Source of the DNA: Eledone cirrhosa
Taxonomy: Eukaryota
Assembly (NCBI GenBank): GCA_964016885.1
Contig: OZ024742.1
Location: 341,496,001-341,560,000, forward strand
Direction of reading: 5' to 3'
Length of the DNA stretch: 64,000 nt
The translations under genes were made by a program, and so were the position numbers. The notes beneath the pieces are model-generated. The model saw nothing but the letters and a program-made list of their open reading frames with translations, had not been told where the DNA came from and did not search any database. Below, in pieces: positions 38,701 through 53,700 of the stretch; position 1 is the first letter of the stretch, and the number at the start of each line of letters is the position of its first letter.

Positions 38701-41700
38701 GGTAGGGATATATCTTGTTAGTGTGATAGGGATATATCTTGTTAGTATGGTAGGGATATATCTTGTTAGTGTGATAGGGATATATCTTGTTAGTGTGATA
38801 GGGATATATCTTGTTAGTATGGTAGTGATATATCTTGTTAGTGTGATAGGGATATATCTTTTTAGTATGGTAGGGATATATCTTGTTAGTGTGATAGGGA
38901 TATATCTTGTTAGTATGGTAGGGATATATCTTGTTAGTGTGATAGGGATATATCTGGTTAGTGTCATAGGGATATATCTTGTTAGTGTGACAGGGATATA
39001 TCTTGTTATTGTGAAAGGGATATATCTTGTTAATGTGATAGCGATATATCTTGTTAGTATGGTAGTGATATATCTTGTTAGTGTGATAGGGATATATCTT
39101 GTTAGTATGATAGGGATATATCTTTTTAGTATGGTAGGGATATATCTTGTTAGTGTGATAGTGATATATCGTGTTAGTGTGATAGAGATATATCTTGTTA
39201 GTGTGGTAGGGATATATCTTGTTAGTATGGTAGTGATATATCTTGTTAGTATGGTAGGGATATATCTTGTTAGTGTGATAGGGATATATCTTGTTAGTGT
39301 GATAGGGATATATCTTGTTAGTGTGATAGGGATATATCTTGTTAGTGTGGTAGGGATATATCTTGTTAGTATGGTAGAGATATATCTTGTTAGTGTGATA
39401 GGGATATATCTTGTTGGTGTGATAGGGATATATCTTGTTAGTATGATAGGGATATATCTTGTTAGTATGGTAGGGATATATCTTGTTAGTGTGATAGGGA
39501 TATATCTTGTTAGTGTGATAGAGATATATCTTGTTAGTGTGGCAGGGATATATCTTGTTAGTATAGTAGTGATATATCTTGTTAGTATGGTAGGGATATA
39601 TCTTGTTAGTGTGATAGGGATATATCTGGTTAGTGTGGTAGGGATATATCTTGTTAGTATGGTAGGGATATATCTTGTTAGTGTGGTAGGGATATATCTT
39701 GTTAGTGTGATAGGGATATATCTTGTTAGTGTGATAGGATATATCTTGTTAGTGTGATAGGGATATATCTTGTTAGTGTGATAGGGATATATCTTGTTAG
39801 TGTGGTAGTGATATATCTTGTTAGTGTGGTAGGGATATATCCTGTTAGTATGATAGGATATATCTTGTTAGTGTGATAGGGATATATCTTGTTAGTGTGA
39901 TAGGGATATATCTTGTTAGTGTGATAGGGATATATCTTGTTAGTGTGATAGGGATATATCTTGTTAGTGTGATAGGGATATATCTTGTTAGTATGATAGG
40001 ATATATCTTGTTAGTGTGATAGGGATATATCTTGTTAGTATGATAGGATATATCTTGTTAGTGTGATAGGGATATATCTTGTTAGTGTGATAGGGATATA
40101 TCTTGTTAGTGCGATAGGGATATATCTTGTTAGTGAGGTAGGGATATATCTTGTTAGTGTGGTAGGGATATATCTTGTTAGTGAGGTAGGGATATATCTT
40201 GTTAGTGTGATAGGGATATATCTTGTTAGTGTGATAGGGATATATCTTGTTAGTATGATAGGATATATCTTGTTAGTGTGATAGGGATATATCTTGTTAG
40301 CGTGATAGGATATATCTTGTTAGTGTGATAGGGATATATCTTGTTAGTATGGTAGTGATATATCTTGTTAGTGTGATAGGGATATATCTTGTTAGTATGG
40401 TAGGGATATATCCTGTTAGTGTGATAGTATATATCTTGTTAGTGAGATAGGGATATATCTTGTTAGTGTGATAGGGATATATCTTGTTAGTGTGATAGGG
40501 ATATATCTTGTTAGTATGGTAGGGATATATCTTGTTAGTATGGTAGGGATATATCTTGTTAGTGTGGTAGGGATATATCTTGTTAGAGTGATAGGGATAT
40601 ATCTTGTTAGCATGGTAGGGATATATCTTGTTAGTGTGGTAGTGATATATCCTGTTAGTGTGATAGGGATATATCTTGTTAGTGTGATAGGGATATATCT
40701 TGTTAGTGTGGTAGTGATATATCCTGTTAGTGTGATAGGGATATATCTTGTTAGTGTGATAGGGATATATCTTGTTAGTGTGGTAGGAATATATCTTGTT
40801 AGTGTGATAGGGATATATCTTGTTAGTGTGATAGGGATATATCTTGTTAGTGTGATAGGGATATATCTTGTTAGTGTGGTAGGGATATATCTTGTTCGTG
40901 TGATAGGGATATATCTTGTTAGTGTGGTAGTGATATATCTTGTTAGTGTGATAGGGATATATCTTGTTAGTGTGGTAGGGATATATCTTGTTAGTGTGAT
41001 AGGGATATATCTTGTTAGTGTGATAGGGATATATCTTGTTAGTATGGTAGGGATATATCTTGTTAGTGTGGTAGGGATATATCTTGTTAGTGTGGTAGTG
41101 ATATATATTGTTAGTGTGATAGGGATATATCTTGTTAGTGTGGTAGGGATATATCTTGTTAGTGTGATAGAGATATATCTTATTAGTATGGTAGGGATAT
41201 ATCTTGTTAGTGAGATAGGGATATATCTTGTTAGTGTGGTAGGGATATATCTTGTTAGTATGGTAGGGATATATCTTGTTAATATGGTAGGGATATATCT
41301 TGTTAGTGTGGTAGTGATATATCTTGTTAGTGTGATAGGGATATATCTTATTAGTATGATAGGGATATATCTTGTTAGTGTGATAGGGTTATATCTTGTT
41401 AGTGTGGTAGGGATATATCTTGTTAGTGTGATAGGGATATATCTTGTTAGTATGGTAGGGATATATCTTGTTAGTGAGAAAGGGATATATCTTGTTATTG
41501 TGATAGGGATATATCTTGTTAGTGTGGTAGTGATATATCTTGTTAGTGTGATAGGGAGATATCTTGTTAGTGTGGTAGGGATATATCTTGTGAGTGTGAT
41601 AGGGATATATCTTGTTAGTGTGATAGGGATATATCTTGTTAGTATGGTAGGGATATATCTTGTTAGTGTGGTAGGGATATATCTTGTTAGAGTGATAGAG

Positions 41701-44700
41701 ATATATCTTGTTAGTGTGGTAGGGATATATCTTCTAGTGTCATAGGGATATATAAAGTTAGTGTGGTAGAGATATATCTTGTTAGTGTGGTAGGGATATA
41801 TCTTGTTAATGTCATAGGGATATATCTTGTTAGTGTGGTAGGGATATATCTTATTAGTGTGGTAGGGAAATATCTTGTTAGTGTGATAGGGAAATATCTT
41901 GTTAGTGTGATAGGGATATATCTTGTTAGTGTGAAAGGGATATATCTTGTTAGTGTGACAGGGATATATCTTGTTATTGTGAAAGGGATATATCTTGTTA
42001 GTGTGGTAGGGATATATCTTGTTAGTGTGGTAGTGATATATCTTGTTAGTGTGATAGGGATATATCTTGTTAGTATGGTAGGGATATATCTTGTTACTGT
42101 GATAGGGATATATCTTGTTAGTGTGATAGGGATATATCTTGTTAGTATGGTAGGGATATATCTTGTTAGTGTGATAGGTATATATCTTGTTAGTGTGATA
42201 GGGATATATCTTGTTAGTATGGTAGTGATATATCTTGTTAGTGTGATAGGGATATATCTTGTTAGTATGGTAGGGATATATCCGGTTAGTGTGATAGTAT
42301 ATATCTTGTTAGCGTGATAGGGATATATCTTGTTAGTATGGTAGGGATATATCTTGTTAGTGTCATAGGGATATATCTTGTTAGTGTGACAGGGATATAT
42401 CTTGTTAGTGTGATAGGGATATATCTTGTTAGTGTGATAGGGATATATCTTGTTAGTTTGATAGGGATATATCTTGTTAGTAGGGTAGGGATATATCTTG
42501 TTAGTGTGATAGGGATATATCTTGTTAGTGTGATAGAGATATATCATGTTAGTGTGGTAGGGATATATCTTGTTAGTATGGTAGGAATATATCTTTTTAG
42601 TATGGTAGGGATATATCTTGTTAGTGTGATAGGGATATATCGTGTTAGTGTGATAGAGATATATCTTGTTAGTGTGGTAGGGATATATCTTGTTAGTAGT
42701 GTACGGATATATCTTGTTAGTGTGGTAGAGATATATCTTGTTAGTATGGTAGGGATATATCTTGTTAGTATGATAGGGATATATCTTGTTAGTGTGGTAG
42801 GGATATATCTTGTTAGTATGGTAGGGATATATCTTGTTAGTGTGATAGGGATATATCTTGTTAGTGTGATAGGGATATATCTTGTTAGTGTGATAGGGAT
42901 ATATCTTGTTAGTGTGATAGGGATATATCTTGTTAGTGTGGTAGGGATATATCTTGTTAATGTCATAGGGATAGGGATATATCTTGTTAGTGTGGTAGGG
43001 ATATATCTTGTTAGAGTGGAAGTGATATATCTTGTTAGTGTGATAGAGATATATCTTGTTAGTGTGGTAGGGATATATCTTGTTAGTGTGATAGGGATAT
43101 ATCTTGTTAGTATGGTAGGGATATATCTTGTTAGTGTGATAGGGATATATCTTGTTAGTGTGATAGGGATATATCTTGTTAGTATGGTAGTGATATATCT
43201 TGTTAGTGTGATAGGGATATATCTTTTTAGTATGGTAGGGATATATCTTGTTAGTGTGATAGGGATATATCTTGTTAGTATGGTAGGGATATATCTTGTT
43301 AGTATGATAGGGATATATCTGGTTAGTGTCATAGGGATATATCTTGTTAGTGTGACAGGGATATATCTTGTTATTGTGAAAGGGATATATCTTGTTAATG
43401 TGATAGCGATATATCTTGTTAGTATGGTAGTGATATATCTTGTTAGTGTGATAGGGATATATCTTGTTAGTATGATAGGGATATATCTTTTTAGTATGGT
43501 AGGGATATATCTTGTTAGTGTGATAGGGATATATCGTGTTAGTGTGATAGAGATATATCTTGTTAGTGTGGTAGGGATATATCTTGTTAGTATGGTAGTG
43601 ATATATCTTGTTAGTATGGTAGGGATATATCTTGTTAGTGTGATAGGGATATATCTTGTTAGTGTGATAGGGATATATCTTGTTAGTGTGATAGGGATAT
43701 ATCTTGTTAGTGTGGTAGGGATATATCTTGTTAGTATGGTAGAGATATATCTTGTTAGTGTGAAAGGGATATATCTTGTTGGTGTGATAGGGATATATCT
43801 TGTTAGTATGATAGGGATATATCTTGTTAGTATGGTAGGGATATATCTTGTTAGTGTGAGAGATATATCTTGTTAGTGTGGCAGGGATATATCTTGTTAG
43901 TATAGTAGTGATATATCTTGTTAGTATGGTAGGGATATATCTTGTTAGTGTGATAGGGATATATCTGGTTAGTGTGGTAGGGATATATCTTGTTAGTATG
44001 GTAGGGATATATCTTGTTAGTGTGGTAGGGATATATCTTGTTAGTGTGATAGGGACATATCTTGTTAGCGTGATAGGGATATATCTTGTTAGTATGGTAG
44101 GGATATATCTTGTTAGTGTCATAGGGATATATCTTGTTAGTGTGACAGGGATATATCTTGTTAGTGTGATAGGGATATATCTTGTTAGTGTGATAGGGAT
44201 ATATCTTGTTAGGGTGATAGGGATATATCTTATTAGTAGGGTAGGGATATATCTTGTTAGTGTGATAGGGATATATCTTGTTAGTGTGATAGAGATATAT
44301 CTTGTTAGTGTGGTAGGGATATATCTTGTTAGTATGGTAGGAATATATCTTTTTAGTATGGTAGGGATATATCTTGTTAGTGTGATAGGGATATATCGTG
44401 TTAGTGTGATAGAGATATATCTTGTTAGTGTGGTAGGGATATATCTTGTTAGTAGTGTAGGGATATATCTTGTTAGTGTGGTAGAGATATATCTTGTTAG
44501 TATGGTAGGGATATATCTTGTTAGTATGATAGGGATATATCTTGTTAGTGTGGTAGGGATATATCTTGTTAGTATGGTAGGGATATATCTTGTTAGTGTG
44601 ATAGGGATATATCTTGTTAGTGTGATAGGGATATATCTTGTTAGTGTGATAGGGATATATCTTGTTAGTGTGATAGGGATATATCTTGTTAGTGTGGTAG

Positions 44701-47700
44701 GGATATATCTTGTTAATGTCATAGGGATATATCTTGTTAGTGTGGTAGGGATATATCTTGTTAGTGTGGTAGGGATATATCTTGTTAGAGTGGAAGTGAT
44801 ATATCTTGTTAGTGTGATAGAGATGTATCTTGTTAGTGTGGTAGGGATATATCTTGTTAGTGTGATAGGGATATATCTTGTTAGTATGGTAGGGATATAT
44901 CTTGTTAGTGTGATAGGGATATATCTTGTTAGTGTGATAGGGATATATCTTGTTAGTATGGTAGTGATATATCTTGTTAGTGTGATAGGGATATATCTTT
45001 TTAGTATGGTAGGGATATATCTTGTTAGTGTGATAGGGATATATCTTGTTAGTATGGTAGGCATATATCTTGTTAGTGTGATAGGGATATATCTGGTTAG
45101 TGTCATAGGGATATATCTTGTTAGTGTGACAGGGATATATCTTGTTATTGTGAAAGGGATATATCTTGTTAATGTGATAGCGATATATCTTGATAGTATG
45201 GTAGTGATATATCTTGTTAGTGTGATAGGGATATATCTTGTTAGTATGATAGGGATATATCTTTTTAGTATGGTAGGGATATATCTTGTTAGTGTGATAG
45301 GGATATATCGTGTTAGTGTGATAGTGATATATCTTGTTAGTGTGGTAGGGATATATCTTGTTAGTATGGTAGTGATATATCTTGTTAGTATGGTAGGGAT
45401 ATATCTTGTTAGTGTGATAGGGATATATCTTGTTAGTGTGATAGGGATATATCTTGTTAGTGTGATAGGGATATATCTTGTTAGTGTGGTAGGGATATAT
45501 CTTGTTAGTATGGTAGAGATATATCTTGTTAGTGTGATAGGGATATATCTTGTTGGTGTGATAGGGATATATATTGTTAGTATGATAGGGATATATCTTG
45601 TTAGTATGGTAGGGATATATCTTGTTAGTGTGATAGGGATATATCTTGTTAGTGTGATAGAGATATATCTTGTTAGTGTGGCAGGAATATATCTTGTTAG
45701 TATAGTAGTGATATATCTTGTTAGTATGGTAGGGATATATCTTGTTAGTGTGATAGGGATATATCTGGTTAGTGTGGTAGGGATATATCTTGTTAGTATG
45801 GTAGGGATATATCTTGTTAGTGTGGTAGGGATATATCTTGTTAGTGTGATAGGGACATATCTTGTTAGCGTGATAGGGATATATCTTGTTAGTATGGTAG
45901 GGATATAACGTGTTAGTATGGTAGTGATATATCTTGTTAGTGTGATAGGGATATATCTTGTTAGTGTGATAGAGATATATCTTGTTAGTGTGGTAGGGAT
46001 ATATCTTGTTAGTATGGTAGTGATATATCTTGTTAGTATGGTGGGGATATATCTTGTTAGTGTGATATGGATATATCTTGTTAGTATGGTAGGGATATAT
46101 CTTGTTAGTATGGTAGGGATATATCTTGTTAGTGTGGTAGGGATATATCTTGTTAGTGTCATAGGGATATATCTTGTTAGTGTAGTAGGGATATATCTTG
46201 TTAGTGTGATAGGGATATATCTTTTTAGTGTGGTAGGGATATATCGTGTTAGTGTGGTAGGGATATATCTTGTTAGTATGGTAGAGATATATCTTGTTAG
46301 TGTGATAGGGATATATCTTGTTAGTGTGATATGGATATATCTTGTTAGTATGATAGGGATATATCTTGTTAGTATGGTAGGGATATATCTTGTTAGTGTG
46401 ATAAGGATATATCTTGTTAGTATAGTAGTGATATATCTTGTTTAGTATGGTAGGGATATATCTTGTTTGTATGGTAGTGATATATCTTCTTAGTATGGTA
46501 GGGATATATCTTGTTAGTGTGATAGGGATATATCTTGTTAGTATGGTAGGGATATATCTTGTTAGTATGCTAGGGATATATCTTGTTAGTATGGTAGGGA
46601 TATATCTTGTTAGTGTGATAGGGATATATGTTGTTAGTGTAGTAGGGATATATCTTGTTATTGTGATAGGGATATATCTTGTTAGTGTGGTAGGCATATA
46701 TCTTGTTAGTATGGTAGGGATATATCTTGTTAGTATGGTAGAGATATATCTTGTTAGTGTGATAGGATATATCTTGTTAGTGTGATAGGGATATATCTTG
46801 TTAGTATGGTAGGGATATATCTTGTTAGTATGGTAGGGATATATCTTGTTATTATGGTAGGGATATATCTTGTTAGTGTGGTAGAGATATATCTTGTTAG
46901 TGTGATAGGATATATCTTGTTAGTGTGGTAGGGATATATCTTGTTAGTATGGTAAGGATATATCTTGTTAGTGTGGTAGAGATATATCTTGTTAGTGAGA
47001 TAGGATATATCTTGTTAGGGTGATAGGGATATATCTTGTTAGTAGGGTAGGGATATATCTTGTTAGTGTGATAGGGATATATCTTGTTAGTGTGATAGGG
47101 ATATATCTTGTTAGTGTGGTAGGGATATATCTTGTTAATGTCATAGGGATATATCTTGTTAGTGTGGTAGGGATATATCTTGTTACTGTGGTAGGGATAT
47201 ATCTTGTTAGAGTGGAAGTGATATATCTTGTTAGTGTGATAGAGATATATCTTGTTAGTGTGGTAGGGATATATCTTGTTAGTGTGATAGGGATATATCT
47301 TGTTAGTATGGTAGGGATATATCTTGTTAGTGTGATAGGGATATATCTTGTTAGTGTGATAGGGATATATCTTGTTAGTATGGTAGTGATATATCTTGTT
47401 AGTGTGATAGGGATATATCTTTTTAGTATGGTAGGGATATATCTTGTTAGTGTGATAGGGATATATCTTGTTAGTATGGTAGGGATATATCTTGTTAGTG
47501 TGATAGGGATATATCTGGTTAGTGTCATAGGGATATATCTTGTTAGTGTGACAGGGATATATCTTGTTATTGTGAAAGGGATATATCTTGTTAGTGTGAT
47601 AGCGATATATCTTGTTAGTATGGTAGTGATATATCTTGTTAGTGTGATAGGGATATATCTTGTTAGTATGATAGGGATATATCTTTTTAGTATGGTAGGG

Positions 47701-50700
47701 ATATATCTTGTTAGTGTGATAGGGATATATCGTGTTAGTGTGATAGAGATATATCTTGTTAGTGTGGTAGGGATATATCTTGTTAGTATGGTAGTGATAT
47801 ATCTTGTTAGTATGGTAGGGATATATCTTGTTAGTGTGATAGGGATATATCTTGTTAGTGTGATAGGGATATATCTTGTTAGTGTGATAGGGATATATCT
47901 TGTTAGTGTGGTAGGGATATATCTTGTTAGTATGGTAGAGATATATCTTGTTAGTGTGATAGGGATATATCTTGTTGGTGTGATAGGGATATATCTTGTT
48001 AGTATGATAGGGATATATCTTGTTAGTATGGTAGGGATATATCTTGTTAGTGTGATAGGGATATATCTTGTTAGTGTGATAGAGATATATCTGGTTAGTG
48101 TGGCAGGGATATATCTTGTTAGTATAGTAGTGATATATCTTGTTAGTATGGTAGGGATATATCTTGTTAGTGTGATAGGGATATATCTGGTTAGTGTGGT
48201 AGGGATATATCTTGTTAGTATGGTAGGGATATATCTTGTTAGTGTGGTAGGGATATATCTTGTTAGTGTGATAGGGACATATCTTGTTAGTGTGATAGGG
48301 ATATATCTTGTTAGTATGGTAGGGATATAACGTGTTAGTATGGTAGTGATATATCTTGTTAGTGTGAGAGGGATATATCTTGTTAGTGTGATAGAGATAT
48401 ATCTTGTTAGTGTGGTAGGGATATATCTTGTTAGTATGGTAGTGATATATCTTGTTAGTATGGTAGGGATATATCTTGTTAGTGTGATATGGATATATCT
48501 TGTTAGTATGGTAGGGATATATCTTGTTAGTATGGTAGGGATATATCTTGTTAGTGTGGTAGGGATATATCTTGTTAGTGTCATAGGGATATATCTTGTT
48601 AGTGTAGTAGGGATATATCTTGTTAGTGTGATAGGGATATATCTTTTTAGTGTGGTAGGGATATATCGTGTTAGTGTGGTAGGGATATATCTTGTTAGTA
48701 TGGTAGAGATATATCTTGTTAGTGTGATAGGGATATATCTTGTTAGTGTGATATGGATATATCTTGTTAGTATGATAGGGATATATCTTGTTAGTATGGT
48801 AGGGATATATCTTGTTAGTGTGATAAGGATATATCTTGTTAGTATAGTAGTGATATATCTTGTTTAGTATGGTAGGGATATATCTTGTTTGTATGGTAGT
48901 GATATATCTTCTTAGTATGGTAGGGATATATCTTGTTAGTGTGATAGGGATATATCTTGTTAGTATGGTAGGGATATATCTTGTTAGTATGCTAGGGATA
49001 TATCTTGTTAGTATGGTAGGGATATATCTTGTTAGTGTGATAGGGATATATGTTGTTAGTGTAGTAGGGATATATCTTGTTATTGTGATAGGGATATATC
49101 TTGTTAGTGTGGTAGGCATATATCTTGTTAGTATGGTAGGGATATATCTTGTTAGTATGGTAGAGATATATCTTGTTAGTGTGATAGGATATATCTTGTT
49201 AGTGTGATAGGGATATATCTTGTTAGTATGGTAGGGATATATCTTGTTAGTATGGTAGGGATATATCTTGTTATTATGGTAGGGATATATCTTGTTAGTG
49301 TGGTAGAGATATATCTTGTTAGTGTGATAGGATATATCTTGTTAGTGTGGTAGGGATATATCTTGTTAGTATGGTAAGGATATATCTTGTTAGTGTGGTA
49401 GAGATATATCTTGTTAGTGAGATAGGATATATCTTGTTAGGGTTATAGGGATATATCTTGTTAGTAGGGTAGGGATATATCTTGTTAGTGTGATAGGGAT
49501 ATATCTTGTTAGTATGATAGGGATATATCTTTTTAGTATGGTAGGGATATATCTTCTTACTGTGATAGGGATATATCGTGTTAGTGTGATAGAGATATAT
49601 CTTGTTAGTGTGGTAGTGATATATCTTGTTAGTATGGTAGGGATATATCTTGTTAGTATGGTAGGGATATATCTTGTTAGTGTGATAGGGATATATCTTG
49701 TTAGTGTGATAGGGATATATCTTGTTAGTGTGATAGGGATATATCTTGTTAGTGTGATAGGGATATATCTTGTTAGTGTGGTAGGGATATATCTTGTTAA
49801 TGTCATAGGGATATATCTTGTTAGTGTGGTAGGGATATATCTTGTTAGTGTGGTAGGGATATATCTTGTTAGAGTGGAAGTGATATATCTTGTTAGTGTG
49901 ATAGAGATATATCTTGTTAGTGTGGTAGGGATATATCTTGTTAGTGTGATAGGGATATATCTTGTTAGTATGGTAGGCATATATCTTGTTAGTGTGATAG
50001 GGATATATGTTGTTAGTGTGATAGGGATATATCTTGTTAGTATGGTAGGGATATATCTTGTTAGTGTGATAGGGATATATCTTGTTAGTATGGTAGTGAT
50101 ATATCTTGTTAGTATGGTAGGGATATATCTTGTTAGTGTGGTAGGGATATATCTTGTTAGTATGGTAGGGATATATCTTGTTAGTGTGACAGGGATATAT
50201 CTTGTTATTGTGAAAGGGATATATCTTGTTAGTGTGATAGTGATATATCTTGTTAGTATGGTAGTGATATATCTTGTTAGTGTGATAGGGATATATCTTG
50301 TTAGTATGATAGGGATATATCTTTTTAGTATGATAGGGATATATCTTGTTAGTGTGATAGGGATATATCGTGTTAGTGTGATAGAGATATATCTTGTTAG
50401 TGTGGTAGGGATATATCTTGTTAGTATGGTAGTGATATATCTTGTTAGTATGGTAGGGATATATCTTGTTAGTGTGATAGGGATATATCTTGTTAGTGTG
50501 ATAGGGATATATCTTGTTAGTGTGGTAGGGATATATCTTGTTAATGTGATAGGGATATATCTTGTTAGTGTGATAGGGATATATCTTGTTAGTATGGTAG
50601 AGATATATCTTGTTAGTGTGATAGGGATATATCTTGTTAGTGTGATAGGGATATATCTTGTTAGTGTGGTAGGGATATATCTTGTTAGTATAGTAGTGAT

Positions 50701-53700
50701 ATATCTTGTTAGTATGGTAGGGATATATCTTGTTAGTGTGATAGGGATATATCTTGTTAGTGTGGTAGGGATATATCTTGTTAGTATGGTAGGGATATAT
50801 CTTGTTAGTGTGGTAAGGATATATCTTGTTAGTGTGATAGGGATATATCTTGTTAGTGTGATAGGGATATATCTTGTTAGTATGGTAGGGATATAACGTG
50901 TTAGTATGGTAGTGATATATCTTGTTAGTGTGATAGAGATATATCTTGTTAGTGTGGTAGGGATATATCTTTTTAGTATGGTAGTGATATATCTTGTTAG
51001 TATGGTAGGGATATGTCTTGTTAGTGTGATATGGATATATCTTGTTAGTATGGTAGGGATATATCTTGTTAGTATGGTAGGGATATATCTTGTTAGTGTG
51101 GTAGGGATATATCTTGTTAGTGTCATAGGGATATATCTTGTTAGTGTAGTAGGGATATATCTTGTTATTGTGATAGGGATATATCTTGTTAGTGTGGTAG
51201 GGATATATCTTGTTAGTATGGTAGGGATATATCTTGTTAGTATGGTAGAGATATATCTTGTTAGTGTGATAGGATATATTTTGTTAGTGTGATAGGGATA
51301 TATCTTGTTAGTATGGTAGGGATATATCTTGTTAGTATGGTAGGGATATATCTTGTTAGTATGGTAGGGATATATCTTGTTAGTGTGGTAGAGATATATA
51401 TTGTTAGTGTGATAGGATATATCTTGTTAGTGTGGTAGGGATATATCTTGTTAGTATGATAGGGATATATCTTGTTAGTATCGTAGGGATATATCTTGTT
51501 AGTGTGATAAGGATATATCTTGTTAGTAGAGTAGTGATATATCTTGTTAGTATGGTAGGGATATATCTTGTTAGTATGGTAGTGATATATCTTCTTAGTA
51601 TGGTAGGGATATATCTTCTTAGTGTGATAGGGATATATCGTGTTAGTGTGATAGAGATATATCTTGTTAGTATGGTAGGGATATATCTTGTTAGTATGGT
51701 AGGGATATATCTTGTTAGTGTGATAGGGATATATCTTGTTAGTGTGATAGGGATATATCTTGTTAGTGTGATAGGGATATATCTTGTCAGTGTGATAGGG
51801 ATATATCTTGTTAGTGTGGTAGGGATATATCTTGTTAATGTTAGAGGGATATATCTTGTTAGTGTGGTAGGGATATATCTTGTTAGTGTGGTAGGGATAT
51901 ATCTTGTTAGAGTGGAAGTGATATATCTTGTTAGTGTGATAGAGATATATCTTGTTAGTGTGGTAGGGATATATCTTGTTAGTGTGATAGGGATATATCT
52001 TGTTAGTATGGTAGGGATATATCTTGTTAGTGTGGTAGGGATATATCTTGTTAGTGTGATAGGGATATATCTTGTTAGTGTGATAGGGATATATCTTGTT
52101 AGTGTGGTAGGGATATAACGTGTTAGTATGGTAGTGATATATCTTGTTAGTGTGATAGGGATATATCTTGTTAGTGTGATAGAGATATATCTTGTTAGTG
52201 TGGTAGGGATATATCTTGTTAGTATGGTAGTGATATATCTTGTTAGTATGGTAGGGATATGTCTTGTTAGTGTGATATGGATATATCATGTTAGTATGGT
52301 AGGGATATATCTTGTTAGTTTGGTAGGGATATATCTTGTTAGTGTGGTAGGGATATATCTTGTTAGTGTCATAGGGATATATCTTGTTAGTGTAGTAGGG
52401 ATATATCTTGTTATTGTGATAGGGATATATCTTGTTAGTGTGGTAGGGATATATCTTGTTAGTATGGTAGGGATATATCTTGTTAGTATGGTAGAGATAT
52501 ATCTTGTTAGTGTGATAGGATATATCTTGTTAGTGTGATAGGGATATATCTTGTTAGTATGGTAGGGATATATCTTGTTAGTATGGTAGGGATATATCTT
52601 GTTAGTATGGTAGGGATATATCTTGTTAGTGTGGTAGAGATATATCTTGTTAGTGTGATAGGATATATCTTGTTAGTGTAGTAGGGATATATCTTGTTAG
52701 TAAGATAGGGATATATCTTGTTAGTATCGTAGGGATATATCTTGTTAGTGTGATAAGGATATATCTTGTTAGTATAGTAGTGATATATCTTGTTAGTATG
52801 GTAGGGATATATCTTGTTAGTATGCTAGTGATATATCTTCTTTGTATGGTAGGGATATATCTTCTTAGTGTGATAGGGATATATCGTGTTAGTGTGATAG
52901 AGATATATCTTGTTAGTATGGTAGGGATATATCTTGTTAGTATGGTAGGGATATATCTTGTTAGTGTGATAGGGATATATCTTGTTAGTGTGATAGGGAT
53001 ATATCTTGTTAGTGTGATAGGGATATATCTTGTTAGTGTGATAGGGATATATCTTGTTAGTGTGGTAGGGATATATCTTGTTAATGTCAGAGGGATATAT
53101 CTTGTTAGTGTGGTAGGGATATATCTTGTTAGTGTGGTAGGGATATATCTTGTTAGAGTGGAAGTGATATATCTTGTTAGTGTGATAGAGATATATCTTG
53201 TTAGTGTGGTAGGGATATATCTTGTTAGTGTGATAGGGATATATCTTGTTAGTATGGTAGGGATATATCTTGTTAGTGTGATAGGGATATATCTTGTTAG
53301 TGTGATAGGGATATATCTTGTTAGTATGGTATTGATATATCTTGTTAGTGTGATAGGGATATATCTTTTTAGTATGGGATATATCTTGTTAGTATGGTAG
53401 GGATATATCTTGTTAGTGTGATAGGGATATATCTTGTTAGTGTGATAGAGATATATCTTGTTAGTGTGGTAGGGATATATCTTGTTAGTATAGTAGTGAT
53501 ATATCTTGTTAGTATGGTAGGGATATATCTTCTTAGTGTGATAGGGATATATCTTGTTAGTGTGGTAGGGATATATCTTGTTAGTATGGTAGGGATATAT
53601 CTTGTTAGTGTGATAGGGATATATCTTGTTAGTGTGATAGAGATATATCTTGTTAGTGTGGTAGGGATATATCTTGTTAGTATGGTAGTGATATATCTTG